Assembly (NCBI GenBank): GCA_046328795.1
Contig: JAXLVX010000009.1
Coordinates: forward strand, 11,276 to 75,275
DNA from: Anaerolineales bacterium
Lineage (GTDB): Bacteria > Chloroflexota > Anaerolineae > Anaerolineales > Villigracilaceae
Direction of reading: 5' to 3'
Length of the DNA stretch: 64,000 nt
Shown: positions 31,726 to 41,989 of the stretch, one piece after another
Layout of the letters: the number at the start of each line of letters is the position of its first letter
How positions within the stretch are numbered: position 1 is the first letter of the stretch
Translations under genes and position numbers: made by a program
Notes under the pieces: generated by a model
Database searches by the model: none
Told to the model about the DNA's origin: nothing
The model's input: only the letters and a program-made list of their open reading frames with translations

Positions 31726-33276
31726 ATGGAAATCAGATACTTCGCATTCTTGAAACATCTCATTCGCTTCAATCGGCAGGTCTATCTTGACCACAATGCG
31801 ACGACCCCTGTCAGCAGTCATGTTCAGAGCAAAATGGATCAGGCGTTGAAATATCATTTCGGCAACCCATCGTCGTTTTATAGAGTGGGAAGAAAATCGG
31901 CTGAATTGTTGGATGAAGCTCGTCAATACGTAGCAAACGCCATTCATGCCGACTTGTCCGAAGTCCATTTCACCGCTTGCGCGACCGAATCGAATAACGC
32001 TGTGCTCAAATCGGTTGCCGCGCATTTCTATCCCAAAAAGAAAAAGATTGTTTCCACGCCCATCGAACACCCGTCCGTGTTGAACACGCTGGCGTATCTT
32101 GAAACGCAGGGAGTGATCGTCGAATATTGTCCAGTGGACAATAAGGGTCGTGTGCGACTCGCCGAATTGGAAAAGTTGATTGACGATGATACTTTTCTGG
32201 TCTGTTGCATGTTGGCAAACAATGAGACAGGAGTTATTCAAGACATCAAGGCTGTTGGGAACATCGCCAAAAAGCATGGCGCGTTGGTATTGACAGATTG
32301 TGTGCAAGCGCTGGGAAAAATTCCGATTGACCTCCACGCCTGGGATGTTGACTACGCTTCGTTCTCGGCGCATAAACTGTACGGTCCGAAAGGGATCGGC
32401 GCGTTATACATCAAACAAGGCAGTCCATTCACACCGTTCCTGCACGGCGGTCATCAAGAAAGCGGATTGCGGGCTGGCACCGAAAGTATCCACAACATCG
32501 TTGGGTTTGGCGCGGCATGTGAGGATGTGGATAAACTCCTCGCGCACAGCAAACAGATCGTGGCGTTGAAGAGACGGTTGACTCAACGGCTCAAAGAGAT
32601 CAAACCCGATTGTGTGATCAATTCACCAGAAGCAGAATCGGAGTGCCTGCCGAACACGCTCAGCGTTACCTTCCCCGGCGTGGAGAATGCCGGGCTGATG
32701 GGAATGTTGGATTATCGTGGGATCGCGGTCTCGGCTGGGTCCGCGTGCAGTACAGGCGAAGACACGCCCTCCCATGTGTTGAAAGCGATCGGTTTATCCG
32801 ATCAAGCCGCGCGCGAGACGATACGAATCAGCCTTGGGCGCGACACTTCGGCAAGCGACATCCAATACACAACGCGGGTGATTCGAGATTACATTGAAGG
32901 TCGAATCTCGTTCGTCAACATGCTTACGCCTGCGCAATTGAATGAAAATATTCTCTTCGACGAAAAAACGTTCATCCTCGATGTGCGCCCAGGAGATGAT
33001 CGTAGAAAGCACAAAGGTCTGCCGAATTCTCATCAGGTCAATCCACTGCATGTCGAAAATTACTTGAAACAACTCCCGCGCGATAAAAATATTTTGGTAT
33101 ATTGTCCGGGCGGCGGGCTTTCGGTGATGATCTCGTATTATTTGAAATCGAAAGGCTACAAGAAAATCACCAACCTGCGCGGCGGACTAGACGGCTGGAG
33201 AAAGCGGCGCAGTGACCTGTACGAAAAATATGCAGGTCAAAACGTGATCATTCTTGAACCCGACAATCTCAAATAA
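31726..33276 (+). CDS. Cysteine desulfurase (IscS/NifS group I) fused to a C-terminal rhodanese domain
   Basis: YLDHNATTP, SAHKLYGPKG (PLP Lys) and SAGSACS; then ILDVR, VYCPGGGLS and LRGGLDGW. Confidence 0.92.
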   Translation: MEIRYFAFLKHLIRFNRQVYLDHNATTPVSSHVQSKMDQALKYHFGNPSSFYRVGRKSAELLDEARQYVANAIHADLSEVHFTACATESNNAVLKSVAAHFYPKKKKIVSTPIEHPSVLNTLAYLETQGVIVEYCPVDNKGRVRLAELEKLIDDDTFLVCCMLANNETGVIQDIKAVGNIAKKHGALVLTDCVQALGKIPIDLHAWDVDYASFSAHKLYGPKGIGALYIKQGSPFTPFLHGGHQESGLRAGTESIHNIVGFGAACEDVDKLLAHSKQIVALKRRLTQRLKEIKPDCVINSPEAESECLPNTLSVTFPGVENAGLMGMLDYRGIAVSAGSACSTGEDTPSHVLKAIGLSDQAARETIRISLGRDTSASDIQYTTRVIRDYIEGRISFVNMLTPAQLNENILFDEKTFILDVRPGDDRRKHKGLPNSHQVNPLHVENYLKQLPRDKNILVYCPGGGLSVMISYYLKSKGYKKITNLRGGLDGWRKRRSDLYEKYAGQNVIILEPDNLK

Positions 33277-33318
33277 ACGAAAGCCACTTTCAACTTTCCT
33301 CTTTCACCCTTCCTCCCT

Positions 33319-33330
33319 TATACTCCCCCC
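33319..33330 (+). promoter_or_regulatory. -10 box 6 nt before ATG (leaderless candidate)
   Basis: TATACT-cccccc-ATG with no SD. Confidence 0.55.
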
Positions 33331-34005
33331 ATGCCTCCCCTCATCCTCGTCGTGGATGACGAACCCAAGGTTGTCCGTCTCGCCAGAGATTATCTGGAGA
33401 AGAACGGATTCCGCGTCGTCACCGCCGCAGACGGTCAATCGGCGTTGACGACTGCCCGCCGCGAAAGACCCGATCTCGTCATCCTCGACCTGATGCTCCC
33501 GCAAATTGACGGACGCGAAGTCTGCCGCATCTTGCGCCGTGAAAGCGACGTGCCCATCATCATGCTCACCGCGCTTTCAGAGGAAATCGATCAGGTGACG
33601 GGTCTCGAAATTGGCGCGGACGATTACATCACCAAGCCGTTCTCTGTCCGCGCGTTGGTTGCGCGTGTGCGGGCATTGCTCCGCCGAACGCGCGGCGATG
33701 TCAAAGCGCCGAGCATCATCCGCGTGGGCGGGCTTGAAATTGATTCGGAAAAATACGCAGTCACGTTCAACAAGAACGCGATCAAACTCACACCGAACGA
33801 ATTCAAATTGCTGGTCCTGCTCGCCAGCCGTCCCAACCAAACGCTCACGCGCGAAGGGTTGCTCGAAGACATCCATGGAACCGCATCCAGCATGGATCGC
33901 AGTATTGATTCGCACATCAAGAACCTCCGCAAAAAACTCGAATCCGCCTCGGGCAAATCCATGATCGAAACGGTTTACGGAATCGGCTATCGTTTTATCG
34001 AATAA
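33331..34005 (+). CDS. OmpR-family response regulator
   Basis: ILVVDDE, DLVILDLMLP, GADDYITKPF and ETVYGIGY. Confidence 0.97.
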   Translation: MPPLILVVDDEPKVVRLARDYLEKNGFRVVTAADGQSALTTARRERPDLVILDLMLPQIDGREVCRILRRESDVPIIMLTALSEEIDQVTGLEIGADDYITKPFSVRALVARVRALLRRTRGDVKAPSIIRVGGLEIDSEKYAVTFNKNAIKLTPNEFKLLVLLASRPNQTLTREGLLEDIHGTASSMDRSIDSHIKNLRKKLESASGKSMIETVYGIGYRFIE

Positions 34006-34010
34006 TCTTC

Positions 34011-34072
34011 GCGCTGAGCGGAGCGTCCTTCGTCTGCGTTCGTCGCTGTCGCTCCTCACTCCGCTCAGGACG
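34011..34072. repeat. CTGAGC-type palindrome
   Basis: GCGCTGAGCGGAG..CTCCGCTCAGGAC. Confidence 0.65.
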
Positions 34073-34124
34073 AAAAATTATTAAGTAATGAGCGCAGACG
34101 AAGCGCCTGTAACTATCAAGCATC

Positions 34125-35168
34125 ATGTCCACCACTTCCCCTCCCCAAAAACGCCGTCATCGCTTCTTCCTATTTGTCATCTTCTTCATCATCTCCGCCA
34201 TTCTTTTCGTGGGCGGCATCGCCGCGCTTCTCTACCTCCTCTTTTCGCAATACACCAACATCAGAAACATCTGGTTACTCGTCTGCGGCGCGCCTGTTGT
34301 TCTGGTCGTCATTCTTTTCTTCGTCGTCTTCAATCTTTATCTCCGCTTCGGCAAACCGCTCGAAGAATTTTTCAATACCATCAATGCAGTCGAAGAAGGC
34401 AACCTCTCGGCGCGCGTACCTGAAAGCAACTCCGATATGTTCAGCGACCTGATCAAACGTTTCAACAAAATGGTCGCAGAACTCGAACGCGCCGAACAAC
34501 AACGCCGCAACCTCACCGCCGACATCGCCCACGAACTCCGCACGCCGCTCCACATCATTCAAGGCAACCTCGAAGGCATCATAGACGGCGTTTATCAACC
34601 CACGTCCGAACACCTCAACAACACATTGGATGAAACGCGACTCCTCACCCGCCTCGTCAACGACTTGCAAACTCTCTCTCTTGCCGAAACAGGACAACTC
34701 CCGCTTCATCCCACCCGCTTCCTGCTCGCCGACCTGATAACTGATCTCACTTCGAGTTTTTCCTCCCAAGCCGCGTCCCTCGGCATTGACCTGCAAACGC
34801 ACATCGCCAACCCTCAGCAAGAACTCACTGCGGATTATGATCGCTTGAATCAAGTGTTATCCAATCTCATCTCGAACGCATTGCGCCACACGCCCAAAGG
34901 TGGAAAAATTTCCATCGAAACTGAATCAATCGTCAGTGAGGAGCGAAGCGTGCGGATCACGGTCAAAGATTCAGGCGCGGGAATCGCATCCGATGATCTT
35001 CCATTTATTTTCGACCGCTTCTGGCGCGGCGACAGATCACGAAGCGAGCGCACTCACAGCGGGCTGGGACTCGCCATCGCCAAACAACTCATCCACGCAC
35101 ACGACGGAACGATCGAAGCCCAAAGCGAATTAGGAAAAGGCACCACCTTCACCATTGAATTAACCTGA
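34125..35168 (+). CDS. HAMP sensor histidine kinase (BaeS-like)
   Basis: Two TMs, HAMP, IAHELRTPL, NLISNALRH, DSGAGI and GLGLAI. Confidence 0.97.
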   Translation: MSTTSPPQKRRHRFFLFVIFFIISAILFVGGIAALLYLLFSQYTNIRNIWLLVCGAPVVLVVILFFVVFNLYLRFGKPLEEFFNTINAVEEGNLSARVPESNSDMFSDLIKRFNKMVAELERAEQQRRNLTADIAHELRTPLHIIQGNLEGIIDGVYQPTSEHLNNTLDETRLLTRLVNDLQTLSLAETGQLPLHPTRFLLADLITDLTSSFSSQAASLGIDLQTHIANPQQELTADYDRLNQVLSNLISNALRHTPKGGKISIETESIVSEERSVRITVKDSGAGIASDDLPFIFDRFWRGDRSRSERTHSGLGLAIAKQLIHAHDGTIEAQSELGKGTTFTIELT

Positions 35169-35235
35169 GCAATGGATGATCTGCGGGGTATAATGAAATC
35201 CATTAGGCGACGTCCCACACCGAGGAGATCAAGAG

Positions 35236-35667
35236 ATGAAGCTGATTTCAAAATTTTTCTTTCCACTCTTTGTACTTTCAATCCTCTACTTGTTACTCTC
35301 CAAAAACCTGCTTTCCCCATCCCCATTGATCATTGCCATACAAGTACTTGCCCTCGCGCTGGGCGTTTGGGCGCGGCGGACTTTTCAGGCAGGGCAGTTT
35401 AGCACTCATGCAGAAGTAAAAGATGGGCAACTTCTGGTGAAAGGACCGTATCAAGTTATTCGTCATCCCATCTACACCACTGTGCTGACGTTGGTTTGGT
35501 CGAGCGTTGCAGGGCATCCTTCGCTTACTACGGTGATCATTAGCGTGTTTATGACCATCGTAACCATCGCCCGCATTTCAACCGAGGAAGAGTTTTTGCG
35601 CACACACTATCCCGCATACGAAGAATACGCGCGTAAAACCAAACGCATCATTCCTTATATCTTTTAG
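35236..35667 (+). CDS. Isoprenylcysteine carboxylmethyltransferase / PEMT family protein
   Basis: LLVKGPYQVIRHPIY and EEEFL..YEEY..TKRIIP. Confidence 0.9.
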   Translation: MKLISKFFFPLFVLSILYLLLSKNLLSPSPLIIAIQVLALALGVWARRTFQAGQFSTHAEVKDGQLLVKGPYQVIRHPIYTTVLTLVWSSVAGHPSLTTVIISVFMTIVTIARISTEEEFLRTHYPAYEEYARKTKRIIPYIF

Positions 35668-35792
35668 CGGATTCGAGTAACGAAATCGCCAAAAGTAAGC
35701 GTTTCGATACATCTCGAGTTTCTTTGAAAAATCAAACTCGCGTGCTATACTATTGCGACAAATCCAGTCCTATTCAATAAAACAATTAAAGA

Positions 35793-36323
35793 ATGAAACA
35801 TGCGCTTGTCTGCACGACGGTCTTGGGTCTGTTTTTGGCATCCTGCGCCAGCCAGTCTGTTAACGCGCAAGAATCAAATCCCGAGTTCCGCGTCACCGTG
35901 AAAAATGCAGACGATATCGTTGCCATCCTCGACGAAAATTCCCAAACCATCATCGAAATTCACAGCGACCTCGGCATCGGCGCCGCCTCACTTACGCTTA
36001 TCTCTGGCACAATGCCCGACACCATTCTCCTGCGCCTGCATTTGAAAGGACTGGAGGATTTTCAATTGATATCCGCAACCGACACACTCGCCGCATCCAT
36101 TTCGAGCGGCGAAGTGTTTAATGTCATCAACCAGAGGACCATTTCATCCAACTCCGAGCATCCGCTCATGTCCATAGACCCGTTGTGGATGAACATCGAG
36201 ATCGTCTCCGAAAATAAACATATTCCTCTTGAAGAGGGCTACTTTGAAATTGAGGTTCCGCGCCTATTCATCCGCAACGCGGGGGCGTCGTTCGAGGTCA
36301 AGTGGATTGACTTTTACCGATGA
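35793..36323 (+). CDS. Hypothetical lipoprotein
   Basis: Lipobox LAS-C; C-terminal WIDFYR. Confidence 0.7.
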   Translation: MKHALVCTTVLGLFLASCASQSVNAQESNPEFRVTVKNADDIVAILDENSQTIIEIHSDLGIGAASLTLISGTMPDTILLRLHLKGLEDFQLISATDTLAASISSGEVFNVINQRTISSNSEHPLMSIDPLWMNIEIVSENKHIPLEEGYFEIEVPRLFIRNAGASFEVKWIDFYR

Positions 36324-36403
36324 ACCAAGGAGGTTAATGAAGACCATATTCATCACCGCATCCAATCATCGTCTCAACCCATAACCAAATAGAGGAGATT
36401 GCC

Positions 36404-38212
36404 ATGTTCAAAAGCAGGAAGTTGATCCGCCTGGCATTGCTGGTCGTCATGGTTGTAAGCCTGACGTCTACCGTGGTTGCCCAGAGCGATGAAGACAGCA
36501 CCGCTGTCTATTACGTTCCCAACATCTTTACCGCAGAACAACGCACCTTCATCGCCTCCACCGGCGCGCTGATCCTTGAAGCGGGGCATGATTACGTGTT
36601 GATCGAAGCAAACCTCGCAGAGCGAGACGCGATCAACAAAAAGTTCCGCCTCGCCATTGCCGGACCCGACGTTCAACAGGCAGAGATGCTTGCCTTCCCG
36701 CCCGCCGACTCGGCGTATCACGATTACGCAGAGATGGTCGCCGAACTCCAACAAGCCGAAGCCGATCACGGCGCGATCTTCGACCTGTTCAGCATCGGCA
36801 CCACCTACGAAGGACGCACCATCTGGGCTGGCAAAATTTCAGATAATGTTGGCGCCGATGAAGATGAACCCGAAGTGTTATTCACGCATCACCAACACGC
36901 GCGCGAACACCTCACCGTCGAAATGGCGCTCTACACGCTGGGCATCCTCACCAACGAATACGGTACCAACCAGCAGATCACCGACCTCGTCAACGACCGC
37001 GAGATCTGGATGGTCTTCGATGTGAATCCCGACGGCGGCGAATACGATATCGCAACTGGAACCTACCGCTCGTGGAGAAAGAACCGCCAGCCGAACCCCG
37101 GTTCATCCAACGTTGGCACCGACCTCAACCGCAACTGGAATTACCTCTGGGGTTGCTGTGGCGGATCGAGCGGCTCGACCAGCAGTGAAACCTATCGCGG
37201 CGCATCTCCATTCTCCGCGCCTGAAACGACCGTTGTCAGCAACTTTGTGAACAGCCGCGTGATCGGCGGCGTACAGCAGATCACAGTTGCGATTGATTTC
37301 CACACCTACAGCGAATTGATCCTGTGGCCCTACGGCTACACATTTACCGATGTGCCAGCCGATATGACTCAAGACGATCACGATGTGCTGGTTGCGATGG
37401 CGCAAGCCATGGCGGCGACAAATGGATACGTGCCCGAACAAGCCAGCGACCTGTACATCACCGATGGCACGATCAACGATTGGCTGTACGGCGTTCATGG
37501 CATCTTGAACTATACGTTCGAGATGTATCCAGACACTGCCCAGCAAGGCGGCTTCTACCCACCCGACGAAGTGATCCCCGCCGAAACATCGCGCAACCGC
37601 GCGGCAGTACTGTATCTGCTTGAGCAGGCAGATTGCCCGTATGATGTGATCGGCAAGGGAGCGCAATACTGCGGTGGCACGCCGCCGGTGAATACGGGTC
37701 TGCTCAGCCCAACAGCACAAGCGCCGGTGACCAGCAGTTCAGGCGATAACAACGGATATCAAACCAACCCCGCCAATGTGTTTGCCAACGATGGTCTGTT
37801 TGCTGTGGATACGAACAGCGGCACCTCCAGCAGTACATCCTGCACCAGCATCCGCAAAGACAGGCACATCTTCTCCAACTACGGCATCAACATTCCAAGC
37901 GGAGCGACGATCACCGGCATCGAAGTCCGCGCGGATGGGCGTGCGGATAGCACGTCGGGCGCGCCGAGATTCTGCGTGCAGATCTCATGGGATGGCGGCG
38001 TGACGTGGACGACCGCTAAAACCACATCAACGCTGACCACAAGCGAAGCCACCTACATGCTTGGAAACGCGGGTGATCTGTGGGGACGAAGTTGGTCGCT
38101 CAGCGACTTCAGCAACGCAAACTTCCGCATCCGCATCACGGATGTCTCCAGCAGCACCTCCCGCGACTTCTCGCTCGATTGGCTTGCTGTTCAGGTGACG
38201 TATATACCGTAA
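36404..38212 (+). CDS. Secreted M14 zinc carboxypeptidase (carboxypeptidase T-like) with C-terminal beta domain
   Basis: Signal peptide, [26 protein letters not shown] and YTFEMYP. Confidence 0.93.
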   Translation: MFKSRKLIRLALLVVMVVSLTSTVVAQSDEDSTAVYYVPNIFTAEQRTFIASTGALILEAGHDYVLIEANLAERDAINKKFRLAIAGPDVQQAEMLAFPPADSAYHDYAEMVAELQQAEADHGAIFDLFSIGTTYEGRTIWAGKISDNVGADEDEPEVLFTHHQHAREHLTVEMALYTLGILTNEYGTNQQITDLVNDREIWMVFDVNPDGGEYDIATGTYRSWRKNRQPNPGSSNVGTDLNRNWNYLWGCCGGSSGSTSSETYRGASPFSAPETTVVSNFVNSRVIGGVQQITVAIDFHTYSELILWPYGYTFTDVPADMTQDDHDVLVAMAQAMAATNGYVPEQASDLYITDGTINDWLYGVHGILNYTFEMYPDTAQQGGFYPPDEVIPAETSRNRAAVLYLLEQADCPYDVIGKGAQYCGGTPPVNTGLLSPTAQAPVTSSSGDNNGYQTNPANVFANDGLFAVDTNSGTSSSTSCTSIRKDRHIFSNYGINIPSGATITGIEVRADGRADSTSGAPRFCVQISWDGGVTWTTAKTTSTLTTSEATYMLGNAGDLWGRSWSLSDFSNANFRIRITDVSSSTSRDFSLDWLAVQVTYIP

Positions 38213-38217
38213 TACAA

Positions 38218-38336
38218 TGTCGTTGCGAGGAGGAGCGCTTCGGCAGGCTCACCGTAAACTCCGCGACGACGAAGCAATCTCCTCGCAAAAAGATTGCCGC
38301 GCCGCCAAAGTACAAGATCGGCGACTCGCAATGACA
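38218..38336. repeat. TGTCATTGCGAG-type large palindrome
   Basis: TGTCGTTGCGAG..GAAGCAATCT..AGATTGC..CTCGCAATGACA; copies at 43728 and 59422. Confidence 0.85.
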
Positions 38337-38345
38337 TTTGAATAA

Positions 38346-38382
38346 GAAAACTGCGGAGGATTCCCACGCCTCCGCAGTTTTC
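38346..38382. terminator. Bidirectional terminator
   Basis: aaaactgcggagg..cctccgcagtttt. Confidence 0.75.
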
Positions 38383-38484
38383 TACTCCTCAGCGCGCTTC
38401 ACACACAGGGACGCCTGATTCGCCCGCTTTGAGCTTCTCCACCTTCTCAATCGAGCAGGCGTATAATTCCGTCAATCAAAGCCT

Positions 38485-38560
38485 CGCCACGGATCACACG
38501 GATTCTCACGGATTTTTCCCTTGCTTTTCCTTTGTGCTCTTTGTGTGATTTCGGCACGCT
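38485..38560. repeat. 9-mer arrays
   Basis: CACGGATCA CACGGATTC TCACGGATT..CTTTGTGCT CTTTGTGTG. Confidence 0.75.
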
Positions 38561-38597
38561 CAATCCAAGCCTTCATGGTTAAAAAAGGAATCCTCGT

Positions 38598-39767
38598 ATG
38601 CCTCAAACAACCAACGCCATCGTCATCGGCGCGGGCGTAATGGGCGCCAGCATCGCCTTTCACCTCGCCGAGCGCGGACTCAAACCCGTCATCCTCGAAC
38701 GCAAAGTGACCGCCTCTGGCGCGACGGGTCACTCCAGCGGACTCGTCCGTATGCACTACGATCTCGCCGCTGAATCGGAACTCACGTTCAAGAGTTATCA
38801 AATCTATTTCAACGATTGGAAGAATCGCGTCGGCGGTGAATGCGGATTTCAACAAACTGGCTTCGTCCAGATCAATACGCGCGAAGAAGAGGCTCAACTG
38901 CGCGGCAATGTCGCCAACCAGCAAAGGCTTGGCATCAACACGTCGGTCATCACGGCGAAGGAAGTGAAGGAACTGTTCCCCGATCTCGTCACCGATCATT
39001 TCGATTTCGCCGCCTACGAACCCGATTCAGGCTACGCGGACGCGACGCTCACCACCAACTCGTTCATCGAATCCGCGAAGCGACTCGGCGCGACGCTGAT
39101 CCAAAACTGCGAAGTGACCGCCATCCGTGCGGCGGGAGGAAAAGTTATCGGTGTGAGCACAACTCAGGGTGACTTCGACGCGCCGATCATCGTCAACGCG
39201 GCTGGGGCGTGGGCAAAGCATATCGCTGGGCTGGCAGGCATCCAAGTCCCGATCGAAACGTGGACGCACGATGTCGCGTTCCTGCATCGCCCGCCGTCGC
39301 TGGGACGAATCCCTGCGGCGATTGATCTCGCGCTCGAGTGTTACTTCCGCCCCGAGGGCAGCGCGCTCATTCTCGCCGCGGGCGTGGACGAGTCCATGCG
39401 CAACGATCCGCCCGACGAGGAAGACCAAACGCCGACGCCTACGTTCGTTGAAAAATTGATTGACGTCATGGTACAACGCATCCCCAAGATCGAACAGAGC
39501 GGCTTGCACTCCATCCACGTGGGGCGCGACGGCATCACGCCCGATCAGCGCGCGATTTATAGCGACACAGACCTTGACGGCTTTTATCTCGCCTGCGGGC
39601 TGAGCGGCACGGGATTCAAAACGTCACCTGCGGCAGGCGCGAGTTTGGTCGAGTTGATCCTCGACGGCGCGCCCAAGACGGTGGACATCACGCCGTTTCG
39701 ATTCAGTCGCTTCGCGGAGGGAAAGTTGATCGAAGGCGAGTTTGGGTATGGGAATATTTGGAAGTAG
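38598..39767 (+). CDS. FAD-dependent oxidoreductase (DAO / sarcosine oxidase beta family)
   Basis: IGAGVMG, VNAAGAW, TPD and SGTGFKTSPAAG. Confidence 0.93.
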   Translation: MPQTTNAIVIGAGVMGASIAFHLAERGLKPVILERKVTASGATGHSSGLVRMHYDLAAESELTFKSYQIYFNDWKNRVGGECGFQQTGFVQINTREEEAQLRGNVANQQRLGINTSVITAKEVKELFPDLVTDHFDFAAYEPDSGYADATLTTNSFIESAKRLGATLIQNCEVTAIRAAGGKVIGVSTTQGDFDAPIIVNAAGAWAKHIAGLAGIQVPIETWTHDVAFLHRPPSLGRIPAAIDLALECYFRPEGSALILAAGVDESMRNDPPDEEDQTPTPTFVEKLIDVMVQRIPKIEQSGLHSIHVGRDGITPDQRAIYSDTDLDGFYLACGLSGTGFKTSPAAGASLVELILDGAPKTVDITPFRFSRFAEGKLIEGEFGYGNIWK

Positions 39768-39936
39768 AGGAAAGAGGGAAAGCATGCCCGCTTCAGACTC
39801 AGGGGACGGTTCATTCGGTTTCGAGAGTGGCTTTCTACGTTGTGATCTTTTTTGCGAGAGGGAGTTGTATAATTTTGACTACAGGTGAAGGACCAAACTC
39901 CACCAGTGAATTAATTTTACGGACATTGAGAATTCT

Positions 39937-41055
39937 ATGAAGACATTTCGAGTAATTATTCTAGGAGCAGGTTTCTCTAAACCAGCAGGGTTGCCACTTG
40001 CCACAGAGCTTTTTCGTGAAGTACGTAAACATGTTAGAAAATTACATGGTGCTGGCAATTCACTTGAAGGTAGCTTAAATTACTATCTCGACTATTTGCG
40101 CAAGACAGAAGGCTTCAAAGGCACTGTAGACGATATAGAAGTCGAACATTTCTTGTCTTATCTTGACATTGAACATTATTTGGAGTTTCAAGGAAGCAAC
40201 ACTTGGAGTTCCGAAGGAAATGCGACTCAATTACTGATTCGACATGCTATTGGATATATATTGCTTGACCGTACACCAAGCAATGTTCCAGAACTGTACA
40301 AATTTTTTGCAAGCAAATTAAATCCACCAGATTGGATAATAACCTTCAACTATGACACTTTGTTAGAACAGGCATTGGACGCAGTAGGAATACCATATCG
40401 ATTGTTTCCTAGGCGATATTCAAACATCATTAATGGCATGGGAATTGTGGAAAGTTCAGGAAAGGAAGTTGAAGTTCTAAAAATGCACGGTTCCATTGAT
40501 TGGTTTGATCGAACAAGTTATGACGAAATATCAAAAATTGGAACGACCGACCACCCAATATTTGGCAACTCAAAAACAGTAAAGGCAACGCCCATTGTCG
40601 ATGGTCCAAGGTTTGACAATGACCCTCTTGTTCGTATCTATCGAGCAGAGAACCCTGCCCCAGCCTATCACGCTCCGTATTGGCAATGTTCTCCTTTTTT
40701 ACTTTCGCCATCACATAGCAAATTGCTTTACACAAAGCCATTAGCTGAATTTTGGCGGGGCATGTCTAACAGTGGCGGGCTTAGTTTGAGTTTCGGTGTT
40801 ATCGGTTACTCATTACCTGATTATGATGATTATGCCCGCCAAGCATTCTATGAGATGAGCAAGAATTATCGAGAGTTTGATCCAAGCTTCGAGTTAGGTG
40901 GGCGACGAAAACAGCCCTTTCGAGTCTTGGATTACAAGACAGATAAGAAGGCAAAAGAAAATCTGAGAAAAAAATATAAATTTCTAGATGGTAGGCAAAC
41001 TAAATATTGGTATGATGGATTGTCGAAAGATGCAATTGAATGGTTTATGGCATAA
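39937..41055 (+). CDS. SIR2-family (SIR2_2 type) protein, stand-alone and AT-rich
   Basis: ILGAGFSKPAGLP, ITFNYDTLLE, LKMHGSIDW and IGYSLPDYD. Confidence 0.88.
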   Translation: MKTFRVIILGAGFSKPAGLPLATELFREVRKHVRKLHGAGNSLEGSLNYYLDYLRKTEGFKGTVDDIEVEHFLSYLDIEHYLEFQGSNTWSSEGNATQLLIRHAIGYILLDRTPSNVPELYKFFASKLNPPDWIITFNYDTLLEQALDAVGIPYRLFPRRYSNIINGMGIVESSGKEVEVLKMHGSIDWFDRTSYDEISKIGTTDHPIFGNSKTVKATPIVDGPRFDNDPLVRIYRAENPAPAYHAPYWQCSPFLLSPSHSKLLYTKPLAEFWRGMSNSGGLSLSFGVIGYSLPDYDDYARQAFYEMSKNYREFDPSFELGGRRKQPFRVLDYKTDKKAKENLRKKYKFLDGRQTKYWYDGLSKDAIEWFMA

Positions 41056-41199
41056 GTAAACGGGACTGTGGATGAAGGGCAGTAACCCCCTCTGTCCTTC
41101 GGACATCTCCCCCAAATACGACAATGGAAATTCGGTATGCGGATTCATAGTCTGGTGTCGGATTTGGGGGAGTCTTGCCCTCACCCCGATTGTGACGAT

Positions 41200-41886
41200 T
41201 CATTCGCGGGACGAATCCCCCCTCTCTCGCTGTTGCGACTGGTACAAACCCACCAGCCGCGCCACCAAGATCGCAACATACAACACGCCAATCGCGGCTT
41301 CAATGCCTGACAGCATCCGCGCCCACGGGGTGACGGGGAGCACATCGCCGTATCCGGATGTGCTAAGCGTGATCAGGCTGAAATAGACGAATTGCTGCCA
41401 GTGCATCGGCGCGTTCAATGTGGTATCCACGAAGGAGCCGGGATGGTATATCTCCACCATCTCGTAAATGGGGACAAACATATACGACAGCAGGAAATAC
41501 ACGGCGGCGGAAGCGTAAAGCACATCCGCGGTGACGGACGGCGAGGTGAAAATATATCTCAACATCACCCACAAGATCGTGACGTGGAATACGACCAAAA
41601 TCACGGATGAAATTTGGTTGTTCCAATAGTTTGTGGGGTCAATGGCAAAGAACACCGCCATCACCAGCCAGACGACCGCAATGCTGATGAACCACATCAC
41701 CTGCCTGCGGTTGTCGCTGGTGATGAAGATCGCCACAGCGAACAAGCCTGCATATAACACTTCGAAGGCGATCAAAGAAACAACGCTTCCATCGCTCGTG
41801 ATGGGATACAGCACATTGAGCAGGACGATGATGATCAGCACATATTTGGCGCGGCGTTGGATCCCGTCTTTGTGAATGAATGTCAT
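41200..41886 (-). CDS. Ion channel family protein with K+-channel-like pore
   Basis: YFSLITLSTSGYGDVLP pore motif; multiple TMs; TACAAT 6 nt before the ATG. Confidence 0.85.
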   Translation of the reverse strand: MTFIHKDGIQRRAKYVLIIIVLLNVLYPITSDGSVVSLIAFEVLYAGLFAVAIFITSDNRRQVMWFISIAVVWLVMAVFFAIDPTNYWNNQISSVILVVFHVTILWVMLRYIFTSPSVTADVLYASAAVYFLLSYMFVPIYEMVEIYHPGSFVDTTLNAPMHWQQFVYFSLITLSTSGYGDVLPVTPWARMLSGIEAAIGVLYVAILVARLVGLYQSQQRERGDSSRE

Positions 41887-41989
41887 AACCGAATTGTACC
41901 GTTGATTGAGGAAAGGCAAATCCCCTCTCCTGCTGGGAGCATCCCTTCGGAGATGCCTCGCGAAGGGTATGGTAAGGAAGGAATCGCAC

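Noticed and set aside
25500-39800. Integron cassette array (co-oriented small genes such as GNAT, KOW and DUF1905)
   Set aside because: No intI gene and no recurring attC sites with paired RYYYAAC/GTTRRRY ends; only isolated partial matches
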